NCBI GenBank assembly: GCA_028707455.1
Contig: JAQWAY010000003.1
Location: 31,515 to 90,694 of the forward strand
Reading direction: 5' to 3'
Length of the DNA: 59,180 nt
DNA from: Bacilli bacterium
GTDB lineage: Bacteria; Bacillota_I; Bacilli_A; RF39; UBA660
The notes beneath the pieces were generated by a model. The model had not been told where the DNA came from and did no database searches. It saw only the letters and a program-made list of their open reading frames with translations. Made by a program: the position numbers and the translations under genes. Below, one piece after another: positions 39,295-48,409 of the stretch (positions are counted from its first letter, which is position 1; every line of letters begins with the position of its first letter).

Positions 39295-39801
39295 TTAACC
39301 TCCCATTATGATTAAACGTAATGTTCCAAAGATATAAGCACTAACTACTCCATAAATAATAACTGAACCCGCTAATTTTAACATATTAGCACCAATTCCC
39401 ATCACTAATCCTTCTTTACGATATTCTAAGGCAGCACTCATCATCGAATGAGCAAAACCAGTAATAGGAATAATTAAACCACATTTCGCAAAAGTTACCC
39501 ACTTATCAAAGAACCCTAAACAAGTAAGCAGACACCCTAAGAAAATTAAAGTAATTATCATAAATACTGATGCTTCGTTTTGAGGAATTCTAAAAAAATA
39601 AGAATATAAGTCCATTAATAATTGACCTAATACTCCCATCATTCCCCCAACGAAAAAAGCAATCATTCCATTATATAATACATTTTCTTTAGGGGTATTT
39701 CTCTTTACTAAATCTTGATATTTCTTTTTATCCATAATATTCCTCCTAGAATTATTATGAATAAGATTAACTTTTTTATACGATAAAATATAAAACACCA
39801 A
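39295..39801 (-). CDS. spoVAC: Stage V sporulation protein AC (probable start MDKKKYQ at 39735)
   Basis: NTPKEN...AFFVGG..G..GQ...PITGFAHSM motifs. GGAGG RBS before 39735. Confidence 0.85.
   Translation of the reverse strand: MVFYILSYKKVNLIHNNSRRNIMDKKKYQDLVKRNTPKENVLYNGMIAFFVGGMMGVLGQLLMDLYSYFFRIPQNEASVFMIITLIFLGCLLTCLGFFDKWVTFAKCGLIIPITGFAHSMMSAALEYRKEGLVMGIGANMLKLAGSVIIYGVVSAYIFGTLRLIIMGG
39753..39781 (-). promoter_or_regulatory. Forespore-type (sigma-G/sigma-F-like) promoter for spoVAC-AD-AE: GTATA-17 nt-CATAATA
   Basis: rc of 39777-39781 is GTATA and rc of 39753-39759 is CATAATA. This matches the published sigma-G consensus shape. spoVA is sigma-G dependent in B. subtilis. Confidence 0.4.
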
Positions 39802-39830
39802 TGAAAATCATGATTAATTTATAAATTAAA

Positions 39831-39853
39831 TAAAAAAACAGAAATAAATTCTG
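39831..39853 (-). terminator. Intrinsic terminator after the 39857..40192 gene
   Basis: Hairpin CAGAA-TTTAT-TTCTG plus U7. Confidence 0.55.
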
Positions 39854-39856
39854 CTT

Positions 39857-40192
39857 TTATAAATACACACTATTAGTTTCAATAATAGGATGATATGTTC
39901 CTTCAACATCAGCGTCTTCATACTCACTACCATCAACTAAACTCATAACAAAACTAACAATATATGGCATCAAGAAGATTAAAACACCTGCAATTAATCT
40001 TTTAATACTTGAATTAAAAGCTTTTTTTAAAGCACCGTCATCATTACTAGTAATTGCTTTTACAAAGTCAACTGAGCACATTATTACTAAAACAATGGGA
40101 ACAACAATACAAATTATTCTAATTGCTGAACCAAGAATATCCAAAACAGGACCAAAATCTTCTTTAATATCTGTAATAATATCTATTATCAT
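39857..40192 (-). CDS. Hypothetical small membrane protein (two TM helices, acidic tail)
   Basis: 111 aa ORF with RBS AGAGGTGG. Located between sigF and spoVAC. No family recognised. Confidence 0.45.
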   Translation of the reverse strand: MIIDIITDIKEDFGPVLDILGSAIRIICIVVPIVLVIMCSVDFVKAITSNDDGALKKAFNSSIKRLIAGVLIFLMPYIVSFVMSLVDGSEYEDADVEGTYHPIIETNSVYL

Positions 40193-40268
40193 ATTCCACC
40201 TCTAATTATCTAACTAATAATATATTAACATATTTTAAAGGTGAATACAAGAAAATTAACCGTTGTAA

Positions 40269-40922
40269 TTAATTATAAGTTCTTAAATTATTTCTTAATT
40301 TAACTAGTATTTTCTTTTCTTGCCTAGACACTTGTACTTGACTCATACCTAAGGCTTCTGCTGCTTCAGTTTGAGTTAAATCCTGCATATATCTTGTTTC
40401 AATAATCTCTTTATCCGATCCTTTTAATCTTTCTATTTCTTCCTTTAGTGCTATTAAAGTATTAATATCAGTTTCCCTTTTACTTATTACTTCATGAAGT
40501 GATAAGTCGTTAACTGGTTCATCTAAACTTTGCATAATATTAGTAGATTTAATAGCCTCAACAACATACACTTCAGGGATTTCTAAAAAGTCGGATAACT
40601 CTTTAATTGATGGTTCCCTCATTAATTTTTGAGTAAGTAATATTTTAGCTTTTTCAATCTTAAAATTTCTTTTCGATATGTCACGACTAATTTTAATGCC
40701 CTTATCTTCCCTAACTAATTTTTTCATTTCACCTAAGATGTATGGATAAGCATAAGTACTGAATTTAACATTTAAGCCAGGATTATAATTATAATAAGCG
40801 TTAATAAGTCCTAATACCCCCACTTGATATAAATCATCCTTATGACTATAATTTTTAAAATAATTAGTAATGGCATAAATCAATTTTTGATTATCTAATA
40901 TTACTTGATTTAACTCTTCCAT
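40269..40922 (-). CDS. sigF: Sporulation-type sigma-70 family factor (SigF/SigG/SigB clade), short N-terminus
   Basis: DLYQVGVLGLI, FSTYAYPYILGEMKK, GIKISRD and GMSQVQVSRQEKKIL motifs align with B. subtilis SigF. Sits after a SpoIIAA-like gene and before spoVA. Confidence 0.75.
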   Translation of the reverse strand: MEELNQVILDNQKLIYAITNYFKNYSHKDDLYQVGVLGLINAYYNYNPGLNVKFSTYAYPYILGEMKKLVREDKGIKISRDISKRNFKIEKAKILLTQKLMREPSIKELSDFLEIPEVYVVEAIKSTNIMQSLDEPVNDLSLHEVISKRETDINTLIALKEEIERLKGSDKEIIETRYMQDLTQTEAAEALGMSQVQVSRQEKKILVKLRNNLRTYN

Positions 40923-40932
40923 ATTATCTCCT

Positions 40933-41280
40933 TTATAAATTCATAATGTTAATAGCCGCAAGTTCATCACTTGCTTCATACATATAATTTAATAAACGAC
41001 TATTTTTAATGCGTTCCCTGACGATATCATTATTCATTCCACAAACCAAACTTTTACCTTGATTACTTCTACAAAGTTCATAGTTATAAAACAAACTATT
41101 AATACCCTTTATATCGATTGATGTTAAATTAGATATATTAAAAACAATATTTCGAATACCATTATCTTTAATTAAAGTGGTAACTTCACTATTCATTTTG
41201 TCAATTGTTCTTTTTGTTAGTACTCCTCCCAATCTAACAAAGAGAATTCCCTTTCTAAATTCCATTGTTATATTTAGCAA
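40933..41280 (-). CDS. spoIIAA: STAS-domain anti-sigma-factor antagonist homologue (SpoIIAA-like), TTG start
   Basis: 115 aa. Aligns with B. subtilis SpoIIAA (IRNIVFNISNLTSIDIKGIN versus IRHIVLNLEDLSFMDSSGLG). GGAGGGTGA RBS. Confidence 0.7.
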   Translation of the reverse strand: MLNITMEFRKGILFVRLGGVLTKRTIDKMNSEVTTLIKDNGIRNIVFNISNLTSIDIKGINSLFYNYELCRSNQGKSLVCGMNNDIVRERIKNSRLLNYMYEASDELAAINIMNL

Positions 41281-41345
41281 ATAATCACCCTCCTAAATAA
41301 TTTAGCACACTTTTTAATTATGTTATACAAATACGACAAAACTAG

Positions 41346-42830
41346 TTATATTTTTGACTTATATTTTAACTTCATAACAACCATCATAATTAGAATAATA
41401 AGTAAATAGATAAATAAAATCGTTTTATTGAAAACCATATCCTTTTTAAAAACAATGTTTGAACTAATCGTCTTTTTATTTTCTTTTAGTTCTTCATTTT
41501 TTAATCTTAAAGTTAATAAATCATTATTTAGTTTAGTAACAATGTCATCTTTTTCAATCAATATTTCTTTAATATTGATATATTGATTATTAATCGTTTT
41601 ATTTAATTCATTCACTTTTTTCTTTAAATCTTTATTTTCTTTTATCTTATAGTTTAAAGCATTAATTAAATTATCTTTAATATCTACTGTCACATCTTTA
41701 GTAACTGTTTTAAACGGTAAAATATAATTAACCTTATAGACACCATTTTCATTTAAATTTAGATTACTAGTTATTTTAATATTATCGGTTGTCGATTCTA
41801 AAATAAAATCTTTTAAAGTCGTCTTTTTATCAGTAATTAATAACTCATCACTTATTACTACTTTATCTCTTGTTTGATAGCGATAAAGTTTTTTACTTGT
41901 TCCCTTTAATGGATATTCCTTTGGTGGGGATTCACTATAACCATCCATATATTTAGGAATTACTTTATAGTAACGATATAAAACATCCTGATAACTGTAG
42001 GCTTTACCTTGACTAAAACGTTTAACCGTTCTCGATATAGGTAGAACATAATCATATTTTATTTCGCCATATTCTGGTTCAAATAAATCCAAATGATCAA
42101 AATTAAATTCATATCGCTGATAATGATGTGATGGATCATCGTTTGGTAATACAATATCCTTATTAGCGTATTCCTTACTAGATGGCCCTAATTCCCTCAT
42201 TACAGCCAATGATATTCCAATTTCAAATTGATTATTATCATCTACATATAATACTAATTCAAACTGATCAATCTGGTAGTAATCTTTTAAATCAATGAAC
42301 AGTGTTGAATTTTTATTCAAATGAGCTTCCTTTTCATCATAAATACCATTACTTATATATCCATAAAAATCTTCACGGCAGTCTTCACATATAAGTTCAT
42401 AATCGATTTTTAAACCATCGATATAAAGTTCTATTTCTGATATAAAAAAACCTTTATCAAGTGGTTTAAGTTTTAAATATCTAATACTAGATATCTCTTG
42501 ATACATAAAAACTTCCCTATTTCTAATGTTTCGATTTTTTTTATAAGAAGGGAGTTCTCTTTTCCAATCCGTCCATTCAGTATTAATGTAATCATTTTTA
42601 TCTATTGAAGGGTATTCTGAATTGTTTTCACCTTCAAAATAATAATCACCTAATAACTTCTCCTCTTTATACCATTGATAGACTTCCTTTTCTTCTACTT
42701 TAATTGTATCAGTACTAATGATTTCTTCTTCTTGATAATCACTGAAATTAGAATAACCAGAATAGTAAGGTTTAGCATAAACTTCTTGACAACTAAAACA
42801 TAATAGTAATATTATTAATATTTTTTTCAT
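41346..42830 (-). CDS. Hypothetical surface protein: signal peptide, possible galactose-binding/discoidin-like segment, coiled coil, C-terminal TM anchor
   Basis: The N-terminus MKKILIILLLCFSCQEVYA looks like a signal peptide. ...YLKLKPLDKGFFISEIELY... resembles the end of F5/8-C domains. The C-terminus has Asn/Lys-rich heptads followed by a hydrophobic helix. Confidence 0.4.
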   Translation of the reverse strand: MKKILIILLLCFSCQEVYAKPYYSGYSNFSDYQEEEIISTDTIKVEEKEVYQWYKEEKLLGDYYFEGENNSEYPSIDKNDYINTEWTDWKRELPSYKKNRNIRNREVFMYQEISSIRYLKLKPLDKGFFISEIELYIDGLKIDYELICEDCREDFYGYISNGIYDEKEAHLNKNSTLFIDLKDYYQIDQFELVLYVDDNNQFEIGISLAVMRELGPSSKEYANKDIVLPNDDPSHHYQRYEFNFDHLDLFEPEYGEIKYDYVLPISRTVKRFSQGKAYSYQDVLYRYYKVIPKYMDGYSESPPKEYPLKGTSKKLYRYQTRDKVVISDELLITDKKTTLKDFILESTTDNIKITSNLNLNENGVYKVNYILPFKTVTKDVTVDIKDNLINALNYKIKENKDLKKKVNELNKTINNQYINIKEILIEKDDIVTKLNNDLLTLRLKNEELKENKKTISSNIVFKKDMVFNKTILFIYLLIILIMMVVMKLKYKSKI

Positions 42831-42887
42831 TCTTTACCTCCTTAATACTATTATTCTAGTTTTAATTCCTAAATCCTTTTAAATAAA

Positions 42888-42912
42888 AAAAACTGAAAAT
42901 ATTTTCAGTTAA
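42888..42912 (-). terminator. Intrinsic terminator of clpC
   Basis: Hairpin AACTGAAAATATTTTCAGTT plus U7. Confidence 0.6.
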
Positions 42913-45232
42913 TTAAATTACTACTTTCCTTTAAAGTTGTTATCATTATATCATTTTGATTATTAATAACTTTTTCAATAATAATATTATCTAATTTATC
43001 ACTAATCACTTTATCAATCTTACGAGCACCAAACTCTTTATAATTACTAAGTTCCATTATTTCATCAATAATATTATTTTGTAAATCAATCGTTATTTTT
43101 TTCTTATTATAACGTTCCTTTAACTTATCTAATTTCATATTGATAATTGTTTTAACACTTTCCTCTCCTAAATCATCAAAGATAAGGACATTATCAATAC
43201 GATTAATAAATGAAACACTAAAGTTATCCTTTAATTTAGTTAAAATAGCACTCTCGTTCTTATTAAATCCAATACTATTATCATTAAACCCTATATTAGA
43301 AGTCATAATAATAATAACATTATCAAACCTTATAATATTTCCTTTAGAATCTTTTATTTTTCCATCATCTAAAATTTGAAATAATAAATTAATGATATTA
43401 GGGTTAGCTTTCTCTATTTCATCTAAAATCAACACTGAATTAGGATGATTACGTATTTCTTCTAAAATATTCTTATTATCACTATAACCAACGTATCCGG
43501 GAGGAGCTCCAACTATTTTACTGATTGAATGAGGTTCACTATATTCACTCATATCTAATTTAATAACATTTTCTTTTCCAACTAAATTTCGACTAAATAT
43601 TTTAGCAAGTTCGGTTTTACCAACTCCACTATTACCAACAAACATCATTGAATAACATCTGTTTTCCTCTTTAAAACCTAATTTGATTTTTTTAGCAATC
43701 TTAATTAATTGGTTAATAGCTTTTTCTTGACCAACTATTTGATGAAGACTATTTTTTAGTTCCGTAATAATCGTATTATTTTCATTTAACAATTCATAAA
43801 CAGGTATTTTTGTTTTCATACTTATTATCTCTGCAATATCTTCTTTAGTAACCTTTTTTATGGAGTTTTTATTATATAATTGCATTTCTAAATTATTAAT
43901 TTTATCCATCAATAAATTTTCTTTCTTCTTCTTCTTTGAAGCAAGTTGGAAATCATTATTTATAATAGCATCATTTTTACTAGTAACGATAGCTTGTAAT
44001 TCTTTATTTAACTCACGATATTGAGTTAATTCCTTACCTTCAGTTAAACTTACCTTCGCAGCTACTTCATCCATAATATCAATAGCTTTATCCGGTTGAT
44101 TACGTTCATAAATATATTTTTCACTTAATTCAATTATTAAATCAATAATATCATCATCAATAAGAACTTTGTGGTAACTCTCATAAATCGGTTTTAATTT
44201 TAATAATATTTGTTTTAGGGTATCTTTAGTTGGTGCTTCAATAAATACTTTTTGAAATCTTCTTTCTAAAGCACGATCGTTTTCAATACATTTTTTATAT
44301 TCATCAATGGTTGTAGCTCCGATACACCTTAGTTTATTACGAGCTAAAGCAGGTTTAAATATATTAGCAGCATCAATTGCTCCCTCAGCTCCACCAGCCC
44401 CAACTAAGGTATGAATCTCATCTATGAATAAAATAATATCATCATTTTCTTCAACTTCTTTTAATATTTTTTTAATTCTTTCTTCAAATTCACCTCGATA
44501 TTTAGTTCCTGCTACTGAAGTAGCCATATCTAAACTAATAATTCTTTTGTTTTTTAAGTTAAGTGGGACTTCACATTTCACGATCATTTGACATAATTGT
44601 TCAACAATGGATGTTTTACCTACACCAGCTTCCCCTATTAAAATGGGATTATTTTTGGTTCTTCTGGATAAAATCTCCAATACTCTTTTTATTTCTTTAT
44701 CACGACCAACCACAGGATCTAATTCATTATTAAGAGCCTTAGCCGTTAAATCAATTCCTAATTCTTCTAATAATAATTTTTTATTCTTTTTTACCTTATT
44801 ATTAAATTTATAAGCAAAATCATTATATAAATTATCTATGTCAATATTCATTCCTAACATAATTCTAATGGCGACTCCTTCACCTTCCTCTAGTAGACTA
44901 GAAAATAAGTGACTAATCGTTACTTCACCATTATTATTTTCTTTACTATCAATAATAGCTCCTTCCATTACCCGTTTAAGTAATGGAGTATATAGAAAGT
45001 ATTCACTTGGTTTAGAACCAGTTCCTATTATATTAATTATTTCTTCTTTAAAAGTATTATAATCTAGGTAATATTCTTTTAGTTTTCTAGAAATATTATT
45101 ATCTTCTTTTAAAATAGCTAATAATAAATGCTCACTACCGACATATGGATGCTTTAATTCATGCATTTCCTCTTTGGCTCTAATTAATATTTTTCTAGCC
45201 TCTTCTGTAAAGTTATTAAACATAGATATCAT
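42905..45232 (-). CDS. clpC: ATP-dependent Clp protease ATP-binding subunit (ClpC-like, two AAA+ modules)
   Basis: Clp_N repeats, Walker A GEAGVGKT and GNSGVGKT, sensor motifs. 775 aa. Confidence 0.85.
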   Translation of the reverse strand: MISMFNNFTEEARKILIRAKEEMHELKHPYVGSEHLLLAILKEDNNISRKLKEYYLDYNTFKEEIINIIGTGSKPSEYFLYTPLLKRVMEGAIIDSKENNNGEVTISHLFSSLLEEGEGVAIRIMLGMNIDIDNLYNDFAYKFNNKVKKNKKLLLEELGIDLTAKALNNELDPVVGRDKEIKRVLEILSRRTKNNPILIGEAGVGKTSIVEQLCQMIVKCEVPLNLKNKRIISLDMATSVAGTKYRGEFEERIKKILKEVEENDDIILFIDEIHTLVGAGGAEGAIDAANIFKPALARNKLRCIGATTIDEYKKCIENDRALERRFQKVFIEAPTKDTLKQILLKLKPIYESYHKVLIDDDIIDLIIELSEKYIYERNQPDKAIDIMDEVAAKVSLTEGKELTQYRELNKELQAIVTSKNDAIINNDFQLASKKKKKENLLMDKINNLEMQLYNKNSIKKVTKEDIAEIISMKTKIPVYELLNENNTIITELKNSLHQIVGQEKAINQLIKIAKKIKLGFKEENRCYSMMFVGNSGVGKTELAKIFSRNLVGKENVIKLDMSEYSEPHSISKIVGAPPGYVGYSDNKNILEEIRNHPNSVLILDEIEKANPNIINLLFQILDDGKIKDSKGNIIRFDNVIIIMTSNIGFNDNSIGFNKNESAILTKLKDNFSVSFINRIDNVLIFDDLGEESVKTIINMKLDKLKERYNKKKITIDLQNNIIDEIMELSNYKEFGARKIDKVISDKLDNIIIEKVINNQNDIMITTLKESSNLIN

Positions 45233-45283
45233 CTCCCAATAATATTCTATGTATAATTATGAAATTAAAACTTGATTTTCACA

Positions 45284-45308
45284 TCAAAAAAGCACAATTT
45301 TTGTGCTT
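45284..45308 (-). terminator. Intrinsic terminator after the MurJ/SpoVB-family gene
   Basis: Hairpin AGCACAA-AAA-TTGTGCT plus a U-run. Confidence 0.6.
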
Positions 45309-46955
45309 TTATTCTTTTCTTATTCTTAATTTAACTAAAACATTCTTAATAAACTTTTCCCCAAAAATTTCAAATATAAGGTTACTACGATAAGTAATGG
45401 TAAAGTAAATTACACCACCAATAATCGCATAAATAATTGAATAAATTAATGCAGGGAATCTAGTTATTGTATCAAAGTTAATAAATAACTTAGTAATCAT
45501 TAAACAAACTAACATAATGGATGAAGATAAGAATATTTTTATACTTCTTTCGGTAGTTCCTTTGTAATTAACTTGATATTGTTTCTTTAACTTATATAGT
45601 AAATAAATAATCGCTATAATATGAACAATTATTGTGGTTGCGATCGGACCAATATAAATAGGAATATTAAGGATATCACATAAATACATTGATGGGACAT
45701 TAAAGATTAATTTAGCTATAAAGCTTAAAAGAAGAGTTAATAAAGCTACTTTAGTATTATTCATTGTTTGCATAATATTAACTAATACTGTAAAAAACGA
45801 GAAAGTTAATGCTTGGAAAATAAAGATTCTAAAAATATTAATACTTAAAAGATCGTGTTCATAGAACATTACCCAGATTGGTTCAGCTAGAAAACTCATC
45901 CCAATAACCATGGGTAAGATAATAAATAACATAGCTTGTAAGGCTTGATTGATTTTTCTGTTAACATCAGTCATATCATTTTTAATATGACTACTAGCGA
46001 TATTAGGTATTAAACTAACCGTTAAACCAATAGCTATTGATATAACAACTAAGTTTAATTTAGTTGCCCATGTCGATATAACTCCAATCGTTGTTTCGGC
46101 AATAGCACCAGCACCTAAATCATTTAAAGTACTAACAACGGTAACGGTATCAACTAATGAAAAAGCAGATTTAATTAAATCAATTAAAACAAATGGTAAA
46201 GCATAAAATATAATTTTCTTAAATATTTCTTTACCAGTTATTTTAGATTCTTCACGACTCACTATTTCATGTCTTTTCAAGTTGTTTTTATTTTTTCTTA
46301 TTTTAAATAATAAATATACATATGCAATTAAAGCACCAATCGTGGCACCAAATACAGCAATTCCAACCGCTGTATTAATTGATGAATGAAATAATTTAAT
46401 AGCAGTATAACTACCTAATAAAATAACAATAACACGGACTATTTGTTCAATTACACTTGCTATACTAGCAGGAGTAATATACTTATGTCCTTGTAGATAA
46501 CCACGGGTAACACTTAATAGTGGAACAATTAATAAGGCTGTAGCAACCACTCTAATGACCATAGTGACGCCTTTTACTGTATTCCCACCCTGTAAATCAC
46601 CTAAGATTGTTTTAGCTAAAGAAGGGGCTAAAACAAGCAACATAATAAAAGATATAAACCCAATACCTATAATAATATAAGAACCTATTTTAAAGGCCTT
46701 TTCTTTAGTATGATAATACTCTAAACTATTATATTCACTGACTATTTTACTAATGGCTATTGGTATACCACTAGAAGACAAAGTTAAAAAGACAGCATAT
46801 ATAGAATAAGCATAACTATATAATGCTCCCCCTTGTTGTCCAATAATTTGATAAAAAGGGATAACATAAATTAACCCTATTATCTTACAAACAATGATAC
46901 CAATTGTAGCTATCATTGCACCTTCTATAAAACTACTTTTTTTCATAATCCACAC
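45309..46955 (-). CDS. MOP-superfamily flippase (MurJ / SpoVB family)
   Basis: 548 aa, about 14 TM. N-terminal ...GA.IAT.G..V.K..G..Y.IPF pattern typical of SpoVB/MurJ-like polysaccharide biosynthesis proteins. Confidence 0.7.
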   Translation of the reverse strand: MWIMKKSSFIEGAMIATIGIIVCKIIGLIYVIPFYQIIGQQGGALYSYAYSIYAVFLTLSSSGIPIAISKIVSEYNSLEYYHTKEKAFKIGSYIIIGIGFISFIMLLVLAPSLAKTILGDLQGGNTVKGVTMVIRVVATALLIVPLLSVTRGYLQGHKYITPASIASVIEQIVRVIVILLGSYTAIKLFHSSINTAVGIAVFGATIGALIAYVYLLFKIRKNKNNLKRHEIVSREESKITGKEIFKKIIFYALPFVLIDLIKSAFSLVDTVTVVSTLNDLGAGAIAETTIGVISTWATKLNLVVISIAIGLTVSLIPNIASSHIKNDMTDVNRKINQALQAMLFIILPMVIGMSFLAEPIWVMFYEHDLLSINIFRIFIFQALTFSFFTVLVNIMQTMNNTKVALLTLLLSFIAKLIFNVPSMYLCDILNIPIYIGPIATTIIVHIIAIIYLLYKLKKQYQVNYKGTTERSIKIFLSSSIMLVCLMITKLFINFDTITRFPALIYSIIYAIIGGVIYFTITYRSNLIFEIFGEKFIKNVLVKLRIRKE

Positions 46956-46960
46956 CTTTG

Positions 46961-47131
46961 TTACTTATACATTATCAATGCTGAAAAGCAATATACTTGA
47001 TCTTCACTAAAGTCACTAATAGATACTTGATATTTTATATCAACAACTTCTCCACTTAATTCACTTAAAAAGTCATTAATCGAAGACTCTAAATCTTTTT
47101 CATGATTTTCATCAAATATTTTCACTTTCAT
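46961..47131 (-). CDS. Cse60-like small sporulation protein (56 aa), not in the ORF track
   Basis: Manual translation gives MKVKIFDENHEKDLESSINDFLSELSGEVVDIKYQVSISDFSEDQVYCFSALIMYK. The VK.FD..HEKDLE..IN.FL....V.DI.Y.V......Q.YCFSALI.Y pattern matches my recollection of the Cse60/YteV family. Confidence 0.55.
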   Translation of the reverse strand: MKVKIFDENHEKDLESSINDFLSELSGEVVDIKYQVSISDFSEDQVYCFSALIMYK

Positions 47132-47178
47132 ATTATCACCATTATTATTGTACTAAATAATAACGATAATCTTGTCGA

Positions 47179-48405
47179 TTAATAATGATTGTAATAATAT
47201 TTAGTACGATTTTCCCACCATTCATTTTTAGGGAAATTAACCTTAGTAGTAGGATCAAAAGCACGAGCATAGAAAGTATTACTCCAATAGAAATAATCCT
47301 TACCAGCCTGACCATTTAATAAAGTGAAATGTAAATGCGCTCCCGTTGAACAACCATCCCATGGAGTTGCCCAAGAAGCACCACCAACGGTACCAATTAC
47401 TGATTCCTTAGTTACCACATCACCAACTCTAACATAGATTTGATACATGTGCATATATTGACTAGTATAATTTTTACCATTAACATTATGATAAATATAT
47501 ACCGTATTCCCACCACATGAAGAATGATATGTAACTCCTGATACAACTCCTTTAGCTGTAGCATATATAGGTGTACCAACATTAGCCCCTAAATCAATCC
47601 CATGATGATTATCACTGACAAGTACTCCATTTAACCAGAAACTTCTTGGTCCAAATTTACTAGTAACATAACCAGTAGCTAGTGGTCTCCAAAAAGCATT
47701 ATCTTTAGGAATTTGACTACCACAAGTACTAATATCCTCATTTAGTTTACAACCCATATCTTTATAGGTTTTAACAAACTCTTCTTGTTGCTTAATAGCT
47801 TCCCCTAAATCAACTTCAATTTCATATATTCCTGCTAATTGATTACCTAATTTAGAAAGTTGTACTTCTAAATTTTTTTGTTCTACTTTTAAAGATTCAT
47901 CCTTAGCTTTCAAGTCTTTTTCTTTTTGAATATTATCTTTAATCATTTGATTAAATTCATTTATAAGTTGATCATTATAACCACTAAGTTGTTCCGTAAT
48001 AGCAACACGATAAATAAAATCAGTAAAATCTTGGGCTCCAAAAGCATACTCAAGATAAGCTGATTCACCATTAGATAATTGTAAAAAATTAATAATATCT
48101 TTTATTTCTTTATCTTTATTAGTAATCTCAACTTTCAATGTTTCTATTTCATCATTTAAATTAATAATATCATTACTAATTTGTTGCATTTTAACACCAA
48201 TATTATTAATATTACTCTTAATATTAGCAATTTCTTGATTAGTTAATTTTTCTTTTTCCTTATTTGCTTGATATTCCTTTTTTGTTTTCTCTAACTCATC
48301 AATTAAATTTTGTAAAGTTTTAGCTTCTACATTATCCACCGGAATAATAGCACAAGAAACAAGTAAAACAAACACTGCCATTAAATTAAATATTTTCTTC
48401 ATCAT
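47179..48405 (-). CDS. Secreted coiled-coil M23 (LytM) metallopeptidase (EnvC/PcsB-like architecture)
   Basis: Signal peptide, about 200 aa of heptad-rich sequence, then HHGIDL...HLHF M23 motifs. Confidence 0.8.
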   Translation of the reverse strand: MMKKIFNLMAVFVLLVSCAIIPVDNVEAKTLQNLIDELEKTKKEYQANKEKEKLTNQEIANIKSNINNIGVKMQQISNDIINLNDEIETLKVEITNKDKEIKDIINFLQLSNGESAYLEYAFGAQDFTDFIYRVAITEQLSGYNDQLINEFNQMIKDNIQKEKDLKAKDESLKVEQKNLEVQLSKLGNQLAGIYEIEVDLGEAIKQQEEFVKTYKDMGCKLNEDISTCGSQIPKDNAFWRPLATGYVTSKFGPRSFWLNGVLVSDNHHGIDLGANVGTPIYATAKGVVSGVTYHSSCGGNTVYIYHNVNGKNYTSQYMHMYQIYVRVGDVVTKESVIGTVGGASWATPWDGCSTGAHLHFTLLNGQAGKDYFYWSNTFYARAFDPTTKVNFPKNEWWENRTKYYYNHY

Positions 48406-48409
48406 ATTA

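Noticed and set aside
41281-41345. Sigma-H type promoter for the spoIIAA-sigF operon
   Set aside because: I found no RnAGGA...GAAT arrangement. A TTGTAT / TGcTAAATT pair is present, but its spacing is about 20 nt, which is too long.
45233-45308. CtsR operator (tandem GGTCAAA repeats) upstream of clpC
   Set aside because: No GGTCAAA-like direct repeat is present. ctsR, mcsA and mcsB are also absent from the locus.
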